Positions 30,900 through 41,000 of a DNA stretch of 64,000 nt are shown piece by piece. Under the pieces are notes generated by a model. It searched no databases and was not told the origin of the DNA. It saw only the letters and a list, made by a program, of their open reading frames with translations. The position numbers were made by a program, and so were the translations under genes. Source of the DNA: an uncultured Methanomassiliicoccales archaeon (lineage in GTDB: Archaea > Thermoplasmatota > Thermoplasmata > Methanomassiliicoccales > UBA472); the NCBI GenBank assembly GCA_963695345.1, contig OY968769.1, positions 2,400,001-2,464,000 of the forward strand, read 5' to 3'. The first letter of the stretch is position 1, and each line of letters opens with the position of its first letter.

Positions 30900-31872
30900 T
30901 CATCTCAATTTCGAGCGAATAACGGGTGTTTTTACCCTTATCGTCTGGCTCGTTGGTCCGGTAGTGGGGATTTTCGGTGCGTTTTCGTTCTGATATATGT
31001 CCCCCTTTACCGGGTTCAAAGCCTTACGGAACTCAATTCCTACGTTCCTTGCCTCGATACGTGCGTAGTATCTCTGTGTGGTTGCAGAGTCTTTGTGCCC
31101 CAATTGAGTCGATACAACGGGTAGCTGCTTCGAATCCACGTGCAGAGCGTTGCTTGCGCTTGAACTTCTGAAGTCCTTTATTAAGAACTTCACTCCTGAC
31201 TCCTTCTCGATCTCCCGCTTGATCTTATTGAAGTTGGACAACGAATAGACATTTCCTGCTGGTGTTGGAAACAATGCTTCTGACTTGAGTCCACTCTTCT
31301 TCAAAAAGCATTCCCGGTCGGTTTGATATTGCCTGAGATATGGAAACATGTCATCCCTTACTATCATGACGTTGGTCGGTCCAAACCAGCTACTGCTCCC
31401 CTAGGATATTCGATATGCAGCGATAGGTTGGTTAGGTCCAGGTCCTGTATCCGGGATGTCCGGATCTCCGAAGGTCGGCGCATGGTCCCCCAATAAAGAG
31501 CCATTGCCCCTCGCATCATCTGGCCATCCCATTCATTTTCCCATCCTTTGGTCGATTCGAGAATAACGTCCAGATCGGCTTTTGAAAACGTGCGTATGGG
31601 TTTCTCTGTCTCTCTCGGCATCTTGAAACCCTTCTGCTTCATCCGGTCAAAAACAAAGTTGTCGAAATGATCGAGCATTCCCTTCAACTCGTTGAGCAAT
31701 TTCTTCTGAGTCCCCGGATCATAGTTCTTACTCTCTTCTTATATTCATATGGCTTGTCGTATAGAATCTCAGTATCGGCAGTTTGAGCGATGCTATTGTC
31801 TATCTCCTTCTGGCACTGCCCCTTGAAGTCCCACCATTGGCGATGCAGGTGCCACCTTGCCGAAATCTTCAT
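30900..31872 (-). pseudogene. Tyrosine recombinase/integrase in three frame fragments, abutting the tRNA-Arg 3' end
   Basis: MRRPSEI (Arg-I box), KDFRSS, LGHKDSATTQRYYA (His/Tyr box). Confidence 0.82.
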
Positions 31873-31986
31873 TGGAATTCATTGCCGATCTGAAGGGTGG
31901 TATCTAACGAAAGCATAATCTCTCATACTTTGATGTAAGAATATACAACGACAAATACAAATCATCAGGAAGGCGTTACTCTGTTC

Positions 31987-33021
31987 ATGAGGGGTCATTT
32001 CTCAAAGAGGTCGATTAGCATTGCCATAATTGGGCTTTTGTTAATTCCAACCTTGTTTCAGATGACTCTAGTATGTTCAGGAGAGGGCCAGTTTCTATTT
32101 TCGGAGGATTTCGAATCATATTCTGGTGGATATTGCCCATCGGAATTCGAATTGAGAGGTACTGGAGCGGGTGTGAGTCGTCAAGTGGTCACTGAGAACT
32201 ATGCCCATAGTGGTTATAGGTCATTCCAGATGCAAGGGGAGGCTGGGTCGGTTGTAAGCGTTGATCGACAATTCGTAAGCCCCAGCAATGAGAATTTGAT
32301 AACTGCCCAGATCATGTCAGAAGATTACACTTACTCAAAGAATTCGGGGGGTTATTATAACACAAATATTGGAATTGGTTTCTCTTCCGTTAATGATACA
32401 AAAATATTCGGATGTATATGGTTTGGCGATGATGGGAACATATACTTCGACGATGGCGAAAGTAGTATCACATTGAAGGCTTTCAACGCCTACAGTTGGT
32501 ATAAATGTGATGTGTATCTCAATTCTACGAGTAATCGTGTAACTGCCTGGATTGACGACATACTTCTTGGCACAATGGACATACAACCAGAGAAACAAAT
32601 TGATTGTGTTTCCATCATCGCTGGTGAATCTGGGGTCACCAGCTATATTGATGATCTCACATTATATGCATTTATCAGCAACATCAGCACCAATCATCAA
32701 TCTGTTACTGATGCAAGTAATCTCTATCCCATCGTAATGATACCAATCGTGGCGTTGCTGATCGGAGTTCCAGGTCTTCTCTTGCTCCTGGAAGTAAGAT
32801 CGTTCAATTCAATGCCCAAAAAGAACCTTAAGATTGAGGAAATACTAAAAGCGATTGGATTGGGATCTCCATTACTATCAATCGGTCTAGTATTGATCTT
32901 GAACCATCGAACTTTTGGTGATCAGTATGGAGATATGATGATAATTGGAGGAGTTGTTACCTTGATCATAACCCTTATGATAGTTACTCATATCGTCATT
33001 CGATGGGAACATGAAGTCTAA
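31987..33021 (+). CDS. Hypothetical membrane protein: signal peptide, beta-sandwich (ConA/LamG-like) domain, three C-terminal TM helices
   Basis: FSEDFES, AHSG.RS, WY...., AWIDD, YIDDL motifs; AT-rich. Confidence 0.7.
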   Translation: MRGHFSKRSISIAIIGLLLIPTLFQMTLVCSGEGQFLFSEDFESYSGGYCPSEFELRGTGAGVSRQVVTENYAHSGYRSFQMQGEAGSVVSVDRQFVSPSNENLITAQIMSEDYTYSKNSGGYYNTNIGIGFSSVNDTKIFGCIWFGDDGNIYFDDGESSITLKAFNAYSWYKCDVYLNSTSNRVTAWIDDILLGTMDIQPEKQIDCVSIIAGESGVTSYIDDLTLYAFISNISTNHQSVTDASNLYPIVMIPIVALLIGVPGLLLLLEVRSFNSMPKKNLKIEEILKAIGLGSPLLSIGLVLILNHRTFGDQYGDMMIIGGVVTLIITLMIVTHIVIRWEHEV

Positions 33022-33197
33022 TAGTATGTTGACCTGTTCGAAGACATCTTTCCAAAGACCTCGACCATGAATCCCAGCCAAAATCGAGAATAAGTCGGAT
33101 GTTTGAGATCGGCTATGAAAGATGAGCTGGACAAGTTATCAATTATCTTTCCTCAATAGATTTAATAATTATTCAGACCTAAATCCTATAAGAGGAC

Positions 33198-34565
33198 ATG
33201 AATGAACTCAAGCGGGCAGTGGGTTTTCCCAAGCTACTGATCTATGCCATTGGCGTGATCTTCGGAGCAGGTATCTACGCAATCATAGGGGAAGCAGCGG
33301 GAATCGCCGGACCTAGCCTCTGGCTTTCCTTTCTGCTAGCTGCTTTGGTCGCCTCTCTCACCGGCTTGAGCTATGCCGAGCTGGCCTCAATCAAGCCAAC
33401 CACGGCTTCTGAGTATCACTACGTCAAGCAAAGTTTCAACAAGCGATTTGCCTTTTTGATTGGCTGGATCCTTAATATCGTCAACACCATTGCGATCGCC
33501 ACGGTCGCCGTTGGCTTTTCTAGCTATTTCGTGGCTCTGTTCTTTCCGGGGGATTTGGGAACCGTTCTATTCAGTTCTTCTTTTCTGACCATTACCCCGG
33601 CGGTCTTCATAGCGATAATGGCCATCCTTGCGATGGCCTTGATCAACTACACTGGGATCGAGCAGTCAGCTTCTATCAATGTCGTGCTCACATTGGTAGA
33701 GACTGCGGGGTTGCTATTGATATTAGCGGTCGGTCTTGTTTACTTCGGAAACGGCGGAGCAGCCCCTAATTTGCTTGAGATGCCATTTGGATTCTCAGGT
33801 ATGTTCGGGGCTGTCGCCCTGGTTTTCTTTGCATACATCGGATTTGAAGGTCTGGTCAATCTCGGGGAGGAGGTTATTGAGCCTAAAAAGAGCATACCGA
33901 AGGCTATCGTTTATTCTTTGATCATAACAACCGTCGTGTACGTGTTGTTAGCGGTCGTAGCCATTAGCGTCGTTCCGTGGAATGAACTGGGTTCTTCCCC
34001 TGAGCCATTGACGGCTGTGGCAGAGGTTGTTCTAGGTTCGGAAGCAGGTGTTTTGCTTTCCTTCATAGCCTTGTTCGCGACCATCAACACCGTTCTTATA
34101 ATGATAACGGCCAACTCTCGTTTCTTGTATGGTATGGCAAAGGACAAGATCCTACCTTCTTTCCTGATAAAAGTAAGTGAGAAACGTAGGACTCCTTTCA
34201 ATGCAATAATCGTCGTTGCCACTGTCGGCTGCTTGTTCGTTCTGGTAAAAGATATCGGAACGCTTGCTGAGATGACCACACTAGGGATTTTTGTTGTTTT
34301 TGCAATGATAAATGCTTCTTTGATTAAGATGAGGATCAAGGATGACCTTCCGGAAGACCGGTTCAAGAGCCCGGTTAACATCGGCAAGTTCCCTTTGTTG
34401 GCTTTTTTTGGTCTTGTTTCCTGCATTTGGATGATTGGGACCTTTCTCATAAAACTCACTCCACAGGGGGTTTCGGTTGATTTTTCGAGCCCTGCTCTTA
34501 TTTTTTTAGTAATTGAAATGATATCTGGCTTTATTGCCTACGAAATATTGAAGGAAAAATCGTGA
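33198..34565 (+). CDS. APC family amino acid permease
   Basis: IFGAGIY, SYAELAS, FFAYIGFE, EE..EPKK.IPKAI, SRFLYGMA, RRTP. Confidence 0.94.
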   Translation: MNELKRAVGFPKLLIYAIGVIFGAGIYAIIGEAAGIAGPSLWLSFLLAALVASLTGLSYAELASIKPTTASEYHYVKQSFNKRFAFLIGWILNIVNTIAIATVAVGFSSYFVALFFPGDLGTVLFSSSFLTITPAVFIAIMAILAMALINYTGIEQSASINVVLTLVETAGLLLILAVGLVYFGNGGAAPNLLEMPFGFSGMFGAVALVFFAYIGFEGLVNLGEEVIEPKKSIPKAIVYSLIITTVVYVLLAVVAISVVPWNELGSSPEPLTAVAEVVLGSEAGVLLSFIALFATINTVLIMITANSRFLYGMAKDKILPSFLIKVSEKRRTPFNAIIVVATVGCLFVLVKDIGTLAEMTTLGIFVVFAMINASLIKMRIKDDLPEDRFKSPVNIGKFPLLAFFGLVSCIWMIGTFLIKLTPQGVSVDFSSPALIFLVIEMISGFIAYEILKEKS

Positions 34566-34629
34566 GGAAGCATTCTGGATCTCCACCATCACGTTAATTT
34601 TTTGAACTTTGAAGGGGAGTTCCTGTCCT

Positions 34630-34957
34630 GGGTCGCGTTCGTGACACGGTTCGGGAACAGCTGAATTTCTGTCGAGCGGCCAGCTGTCCCTCCCTTCAGG
34701 GAACTCGATTCGGATATCGTGCTGCTCCAGGTCGAGGTCTCGGATGCGGCTCATGTGAATATCTGGAAGGCGTCTCACGGTCACTAAATATGGCGTGAAT
34801 GCCTCCCGGATCATTTATCTGCGCCAATCGATATCAAATTCGCTGAGGCCTCGAGCATCTTCTGCAGGTTCTTATCCTTGAAGGTGCGGATCGTTTCATC
34901 AATCTCCTCAGGCATCCTGAACCCTTTGGGTTTCAGCTCTTCCCCAATGACAATCAT
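34630..34957 (-). pseudogene. Second, more eroded integrase fragment paralogous to 31364-31699
   Basis: KGFRMPEEIDETIRTF...VRRLPDIHMSRIRDLDL matches KGFKMPRETEKPIRTF...MRRPSEIRTSRIQDLDL. Confidence 0.8.
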
Positions 34958-35013
34958 GATATACTCGTCAAGTCCAATTGAAATGGATGATTTTTTGGAG
35001 GAGAGTGTAAAAC

Positions 35014-35799
35014 ATGGTAAAATTTGCTGACGTTCCAGATGAACAAAAGTTCACCAAATTGAGGCGTTTCAACCTGATCGCAGGTTTCTTGCACCTCATT
35101 CAGGCGATGGTAATGCTTGTGATCGCTAACTATGCCGTGAAGATGTACTTCACCACTTCATATTACGATGCGACGAACGGATTTCCTCCTACCATTGCTT
35201 CAAACCCCAGTCAGTTCTTCTCCGTACCGCTCGGTCCCATGGTTGCGGCGTTCCTGATAATGTCTGCCATCGCGCATTTCTGTGTATCGACGTTCGGTTA
35301 TAGCTGGTATGTAAAGAACCTCAAGATGAACATCAACAAGGCGAGATGGTTCGAATATGCGGTCTCCTCTTCGTTCATGTTGATCGTCATCGCCTGGCTA
35401 TGCGGCATGTGGGACTTCGTCTCCATAATGCTGCTGTTCTCTCTGAATGCCTGCATGAACCTGTTCGGTTACATGATGGAGCTGCATAACCAGACAACGG
35501 AAAAGACCAATTGGACCTCCTTCATATTCGGTTGCTTCGCCGGTCTGGTCCCCTGGATCGCCTTGATGATGTACTTCACTGGCGTAAGGGGAGGAAGTCC
35601 TCCGCTATTCGTATATGGAATCATAATATCCATTGCCTTCTTCTTCAACATCTTCGCGGTGAACATGCTGCTCCAGTACAGGAAGAAGGGGAAGTTCAAG
35701 GACTACCTTTATGGCGAGTACCTATACATCGTCCTGAGCTTGGTGGCTAAAACTGCCTTGGCATGGCAAGTGTTTGCCGGTACCTTGCGCGGTGGTTGA
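35014..35799 (+). CDS. heR: Heliorhodopsin (full length)
   Basis: Basic N-terminus LRRFN, His in GFLHLIQ and SAIAH, INKARWFEYAVSSS (Arg and counterion Glu), retinal-binding Lys in LSLVAK; 7 TM. Confidence 0.95.
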   Translation: MVKFADVPDEQKFTKLRRFNLIAGFLHLIQAMVMLVIANYAVKMYFTTSYYDATNGFPPTIASNPSQFFSVPLGPMVAAFLIMSAIAHFCVSTFGYSWYVKNLKMNINKARWFEYAVSSSFMLIVIAWLCGMWDFVSIMLLFSLNACMNLFGYMMELHNQTTEKTNWTSFIFGCFAGLVPWIALMMYFTGVRGGSPPLFVYGIIISIAFFFNIFAVNMLLQYRKKGKFKDYLYGEYLYIVLSLVAKTALAWQVFAGTLRGG

Positions 35800-36097
35800 A
35801 AACCTCTTTCATCCTTTTTTTATTCCGGCTGGTAACGGTCAATTCGACCGAAGCTGGCCAATTTTTATTCATCCAGGATCGAGACTGCTCCATGACCGCC
35901 GCATATTGGTAGGTGTTTTTTCTTCCACGTTTTTTTAACCGCCCATCTTTCAGAAGCTGAATGAATATCCTATTCAAGATAAAACGGGATGTTTCTGGCT
36001 CCGGGCATAGCAATTTCTGTGACAAGGTCAGTGCGCGTTTAAGTCCGACTGAGAAGCGTCGTTCGATTCAAATATCATAAGAAAGCTAAAGCACTAA

Positions 36098-37390
36098 ATG
36101 CGATGCGAAAAGGGCTCTCCTTGGATAATGGAGATGGACAATGATCTGCGTTTTCCCGTGCTGGACCATGACCTCGAGGTGGATGTGGTCATCGTGGGAG
36201 GGGGGATTGCAGGCATGTCCACCGCCTACTACCTAGCGCAAGGGTCCGAACTTCGGGTCGCAGTGCTGGAAAAGAACCGGATCGGCCAAGGCTCTAGCGG
36301 CCGCAACGCAGGGCAGGGTTTGGCCGTTCTGGAGAAAAGCTTCGCCGACCTCATCAAGGATCACGATGGAGAACTTATCGCGGATATTCTGAACCAGCTG
36401 GAATCAGGCCATAAGCTCCTACGTGAGCTGTGCCAGGAGGTAGGCCATCGACCCGAGCCGATAGAGGGCGTGGTCTGGACTGGCCTCTCTGGCATCGAAG
36501 AGGTCAACGGCGCCTTGATCGAGCTGGAGCTGCGTCAAAGGTTCAAAGCGCCCTTACAATCACTATTTGTGGCGGAAGAGATCGTAGGGGGGCTACAAAT
36601 CCACTCCTCAATTAAGGACCTGGTGTCGACGGAGAAGGCTCGGCGGCTGCAGGAGGTGCTACGCACTAAGGATGACTATCTGGCCGCCTTCGCCTCCCCG
36701 GTCTCGCTGGTCAACAGCGGGAAGCTCTGTCAGTCCGTCGCCAGATATCTCATGCGCGAGCACTTCGGACGAATCGCTATCTTCGAAGGCAGCGCCGTAG
36801 AGGGGATCGATGGAGGGCCTGGACTCAGGGCACGGCTCGGAAGAAACAGCGTATCCGCGAGGGCGGTGGTGCTCTGTACCAACGGCTATCCGCTACCGCG
36901 TATTTCATCTGGCATGTTTCAGAAATCCACCGCCTCGCTCAAGCAGTATCTGGCATCCATGGTGGCATACGAACCCGCGGACAGACGGAGACCGGAGGCT
37001 TTCATCTATTACCATGAGGATGGTGACCCGCGCGAGGAGCCTTATTTCTACTTCACCCGAAGGCCTTTCGACGTGACCGGAAAAGATCTGATCGCAGTCG
37101 GAGGCCCCCAATTGCAGGTCGTAGGAGACCTAGATCAGGAGGCGGAGCTGCCGGAAGGAGTCTACGGTCGAATCGACGAATTCATCAAACGTTCTTCCCT
37201 CGACCCTCTGATGAACAGCAAGGCGAGGTGCTGGAATGGGCTGATGGCCTACACATCGGACAGTCTCAGATTGGTCGGGCCCGATCCTGAGGTGAAAGGT
37301 CTATGGTATAACCTCGGCTGCAACGGCGTAGGCTTGCTGCCCTCCTTGGTATCGGGGCGAAAGTTAGCAAGGCAGCTGGAATATCTTTAA
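36098..37390 (+). CDS. FAD-dependent oxidoreductase (DadA/PuuB-like)
   Basis: DVVIVGGGIAG, GSSGRNAG, VVLCTNGY, WNGLMAYT.D...VG, NLGCNGVG. Confidence 0.9.
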   Translation: MRCEKGSPWIMEMDNDLRFPVLDHDLEVDVVIVGGGIAGMSTAYYLAQGSELRVAVLEKNRIGQGSSGRNAGQGLAVLEKSFADLIKDHDGELIADILNQLESGHKLLRELCQEVGHRPEPIEGVVWTGLSGIEEVNGALIELELRQRFKAPLQSLFVAEEIVGGLQIHSSIKDLVSTEKARRLQEVLRTKDDYLAAFASPVSLVNSGKLCQSVARYLMREHFGRIAIFEGSAVEGIDGGPGLRARLGRNSVSARAVVLCTNGYPLPRISSGMFQKSTASLKQYLASMVAYEPADRRRPEAFIYYHEDGDPREEPYFYFTRRPFDVTGKDLIAVGGPQLQVVGDLDQEAELPEGVYGRIDEFIKRSSLDPLMNSKARCWNGLMAYTSDSLRLVGPDPEVKGLWYNLGCNGVGLLPSLVSGRKLARQLEYL

Positions 37391-37415
37391 GCATTCACAA
37401 ATCAGACCATGGTGC

Positions 37416-38123
37416 ATGGAGAATGCAGTGGATCGCTTCCTTAACCAGATCAAACTTAACTGGAAATTGAAGGTCGCGATCGTTGCTACTTGTCTCATCG
37501 AGCTAATGATCATCGGATCCAGCAATGTGGAGAAGTTCGGACCCATACTCGCCTACTGCTATGGCTCTATTCCCTTCGGATTCATAATCACAAAATTCTG
37601 GACCGGGAAGGACCTCTCCGCTGAGGGGTCCACCAACGTGGGTATGGCTAACTCCTATAACGTCGGAGGCATGGTCCCGGCCATCATTACTGTCACAGGG
37701 GAGATATCCAAAGCATTGGTCCCATTGGCCGTCTCCTATCTCTTCTTCGACTTCTCCCTTACCATCTCCTGCGCCCTGTTGGTCGGCTGCTACCTGGGAA
37801 CCAACTTCTCCATATTCCTCAATGGCAAGGGTGGGATGGGGACGACGATGATGCTCTGGTCCTTGATCTTCCTCTCTCCCTTCTCCGCCCTGGCATTACT
37901 CATCTTCATGGCCATCACTATGAAGCTGATGAAAGACTCCTACCATATGGCCCTGCTGAACTACGCGGTCGGGCCATTCCTAGTTGCCATCATCGACCAA
38001 CGCTTGGTGCTCATAGCCTTCGTCACCTTCGCCGCCTTCATCTATCTCATTAAACTGAAGCCGGACATGGACGATTTCGGTGTACGAAAAAGAATGATGC
38101 ATGGCCGGAGAAAGTCCTCATGA
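37416..38123 (+). CDS. PlsY-like (glycerol-3-phosphate acyltransferase family) membrane protein with degenerate motifs
   Basis: GSIPFG, DL..EGSTNVGMAN, EISKA, FSIFLNGKGGMG. Confidence 0.8.
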   Translation: MENAVDRFLNQIKLNWKLKVAIVATCLIELMIIGSSNVEKFGPILAYCYGSIPFGFIITKFWTGKDLSAEGSTNVGMANSYNVGGMVPAIITVTGEISKALVPLAVSYLFFDFSLTISCALLVGCYLGTNFSIFLNGKGGMGTTMMLWSLIFLSPFSALALLIFMAITMKLMKDSYHMALLNYAVGPFLVAIIDQRLVLIAFVTFAAFIYLIKLKPDMDDFGVRKRMMHGRRKSS

Positions 38124-40478
38124 GATCTTCTCCACCCGTACCTGCCCGCTGTACCCATCGACCACGATGATGCTACCCTCCGGTATGCTCATGGCGTCCT
38201 TCACCGATACGACAGCCGGTATTCCACACTCGCGAGCCACAATGGATGAGTGAGACAGCATACCTCCCGATTCCGATAGGACCGCTCCCGCCTTAGCGAA
38301 AATGCTGCTCCAGCTTACATCGCTGAACGGTATCACGATGACGTCACCCTTTTGCACCGAAGGGAAGTCAGCCAAGCCCCGCACCATCCTGGCCGGACCT
38401 CTATAATAACCACCCGAGCTCGCTATGCCGCGCAGGGATAGCGCATCAAAGCTTTGGAACGGTGGCTCTTCCTCCCCGAAGATCAGCTCGGGTAGACAGA
38501 CATTTTCGCTCCTGGACATCTCCAATTTTCGAGAGACGATCAGTGTCTTAAGGTCGTCGCAAGCGTCCATCTTCAGCGCTTTCCGCAGTTCCTCCAAGTA
38601 AAGATAGAAGATATCATCTGGTCGCTCTAGCAGACCTCTTTGCGATAACCTTGATCCGAGGGACAGGAAGTAGCGGCGGAATATGCCATACCCCTTGGTA
38701 TAGGTGGAGCTCATTCGCTCTCGAAGGTCAGAAAACAATGCCGCCCTCCGCCCGATGCCCTCAACATAAGTTCTGGACATCAATGACAGGTGCAGCTCTG
38801 AAAGCTCCTTCTTTTTATCCCTCGACCTGTCTTGAGGCTCCGCAATCATGATCAGCCTCCAGACCACCTCGGGTTGCTCCCGCCACGGCGACCTGCTGAA
38901 ATCGTTCCCGCTCTCACTGTAATGGCCGAACCTCTGGATGTGCGCATCGAACTCCTGGCGCAAAGCGGTTGCCGTCGGCTCATCGCTCAGACCCGTGTAT
39001 CCGATCTTGGCCAGTCTATCTTTGGCACCTTGGTCCAATGAGTCATACAGGTTCCTCATTCGCTCGATACCTTCGTGTGGGTATGTGTTCACAGAGCGCT
39101 CGTTCATTGAGAGCCATTCCACCTTGTCCACCGGCACCTCATATCGCTTCAGCGTTCTCTTAGCCATGCGATCGAACATCATAGCGAAGAGGATGGATAG
39201 AATGTTGTAGTAGACCGCTCTGCGATCATACTGGAATAACGAGTCTACCTTGGCTATGAGCTCAGTCTCCGAAAGGCCGGACAGCTCCTCCGCCACCAAC
39301 ATGTCGTAGTAGGGTTCAGCCTGTTCGATGAAGTCGTTGACCTCGTGCCTTACGTTCAACTTCTTCAGGGCCCAAAATGACATTCGCGGTGTCAGAGCGA
39401 GCATTTTGGGGTTAATTCTGAAGCGCAGCCCTTTCTGCCCAGACATCATCATCTCCAACGACTCCCGTGGTAGCCCCATCTGCTGGAAGACCTTGCCCGC
39501 CTCGCTCATGTTGAAGTAGGCGCGATAGTGGAAAGGTTTGGCCAAGGTCAGTGGATCCATGTCCCTGACCCCGGTCAGCTCCTTGAAAATGCGCACCCAG
39601 GCACCGTTCACCAGAGGGATGTTAACGCTCCAGACCAGGGGCTTAATCTGCCCTGGGAGCATCTCTTTGGCCAGGCGATTGGAATACATGGTCTTGCGCT
39701 GCACCTCATGCACCGGACGCACCTGCACCCACCACACCTTACTACCATCGAACACCCATTCCATGTCCAGGTCGAACTTCAACTGATCCCTGAACTGTTT
39801 GGTCTCCTTGGCCACCTGAGCGAGTAGCTCGGCGGGGATTCCATCCTCCGTTCCCGTGACCACGCCGTCCTCCCAGCGAGCTGTATCAGTACCTTTCTGT
39901 ACTAGCAGCTCCCCGCTCCCCCGCACCGCTTCCACCACCGGTCTGGAGATACCTGTGATCGGGTTGAGGCTGAACGATACGCCCGACACCTCTTGTCGGA
40001 CCATCTCCTGGATCACCACGGCCATCAACACCTTTTGCTCTGACTTCCCGGACCGGTCCATGTAGCTTATGACATCATCTTCCTGTGATGAGCCCCAGAC
40101 CTTGAGGATGGCATCGAGCAATGCTTCGGTCCCGGTGACATTCAATATCGACCGGAACTGCCCCGCGAAGGAAACGGAACTTAGGTCCTCAACGTTGGCG
40201 CTTGACCTCACTGCGAACGCAGTTTTCTTAGGCAGCTTCCATTCTAGCTCTGCCCTCAGTTGAGCCATCGTACCTTTTCGGTCTCTTAATTGATCTTCAT
40301 AAGCGGGTATTATAACGACCCAGCCCCTTGGCACAGGGGCACCCAGCTGTATCAGAGTGGCTAGACCTGTCGCCTTGGACCCGACCAAGGACCGATCGAT
40401 GCCTGGCTTAATCTCGATTAGTATCTCATTGCCAACTGCGGTCGGCGAATCCTTCCCATTGAGCATACGAGAGGGCAC
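38118..40478 (-). CDS. PEP-synthase/rifampin-phosphotransferase-like dikinase (ATP-grasp, central helical domain, C-terminal phospho-His swivel domain)
   Basis: GSKATGL, AVRSSA.VED..SFAGQF, MAVVIQEMV, DMEW..VQVRP, GGMLSHSSIVARECGIPAVV. Confidence 0.9.
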   Translation of the reverse strand: MPSRMLNGKDSPTAVGNEILIEIKPGIDRSLVGSKATGLATLIQLGAPVPRGWVVIIPAYEDQLRDRKGTMAQLRAELEWKLPKKTAFAVRSSANVEDLSSVSFAGQFRSILNVTGTEALLDAILKVWGSSQEDDVISYMDRSGKSEQKVLMAVVIQEMVRQEVSGVSFSLNPITGISRPVVEAVRGSGELLVQKGTDTARWEDGVVTGTEDGIPAELLAQVAKETKQFRDQLKFDLDMEWVFDGSKVWWVQVRPVHEVQRKTMYSNRLAKEMLPGQIKPLVWSVNIPLVNGAWVRIFKELTGVRDMDPLTLAKPFHYRAYFNMSEAGKVFQQMGLPRESLEMMMSGQKGLRFRINPKMLALTPRMSFWALKKLNVRHEVNDFIEQAEPYYDMLVAEELSGLSETELIAKVDSLFQYDRRAVYYNILSILFAMMFDRMAKRTLKRYEVPVDKVEWLSMNERSVNTYPHEGIERMRNLYDSLDQGAKDRLAKIGYTGLSDEPTATALRQEFDAHIQRFGHYSESGNDFSRSPWREQPEVVWRLIMIAEPQDRSRDKKKELSELHLSLMSRTYVEGIGRRAALFSDLRERMSSTYTKGYGIFRRYFLSLGSRLSQRGLLERPDDIFYLYLEELRKALKMDACDDLKTLIVSRKLEMSRSENVCLPELIFGEEEPPFQSFDALSLRGIASSGGYYRGPARMVRGLADFPSVQKGDVIVIPFSDVSWSSIFAKAGAVLSESGGMLSHSSIVARECGIPAVVSVKDAMSIPEGSIIVVDGYSGQVRVEKIS

Positions 40479-40700
40479 GCCTTGATACTAGTCATCTTTA
40501 GAAATAAAATGATTCACTTGTCTGGTCTTAAAAGAACCCATGGCATGTCGTCCAATTCTTTGATGATATTCCTTATGAAAATCGCTCGACTGAATTAGAG
40601 TCCAGATAGTCACCAACCAGAATCACTATTGATAATCAAATAGGAAGTCTAATGATATGCAAAAGGCCTTCAAAAATTAGGGTTTGAATAGGTGTCAATC

Positions 40701-40868
40701 ATGGTCCATATGAAGGTCGGTTGCAAGTTCTGCCATAACACGGGAAAGGTAAGTCAGGTAACATCGAACGGAACCAGAACGGAGATCTGTTTCATGTGCC
40801 ATGGACGAGGCTTCACCGTAATGACGATCCGTCAGAACCAGTGCGCCGCGGTCGAAACGACCGGCTAA
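40701..40868 (+). CDS. 55-aa DnaJ-type zinc-finger mini-protein (not in ORF track)
   Basis: Hand translation MVHMKVGCKFCHNTGKVSQVTSNGTRTEICFMCHGRGFTVMTIRQNQCAAVETTG*; AGGTG RBS upstream. Confidence 0.75.
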   Translation: MVHMKVGCKFCHNTGKVSQVTSNGTRTEICFMCHGRGFTVMTIRQNQCAAVETTG

Positions 40869-41000
40869 ACCTCTCCAACAATCCTATTGTTTTACAATCA
40901 GGGGTTCGCCCTGATATCTTCATCTGAATGTCTAATAGTCATTCACTTTTGAACTCGTCGTTTTGAAATGCATATGGTGACGAGTCCCAAAATGAGGTTC

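Larger units (their letters stand above)
30884..40900. mobile_element. Decayed tRNA-Arg-anchored genomic island (right border uncertain)
   Basis: Integrase next to the tRNA, a second integrase relic, AT-richer cargo with atypical codon usage; no attR copy found. Confidence 0.6.

Noticed and set aside
40701-40868. Di-heme cytochrome c call from two CxxCH motifs
   Set aside because: No signal peptide, very short, and the trailing Gly pattern fits a DnaJ-type zinc finger better
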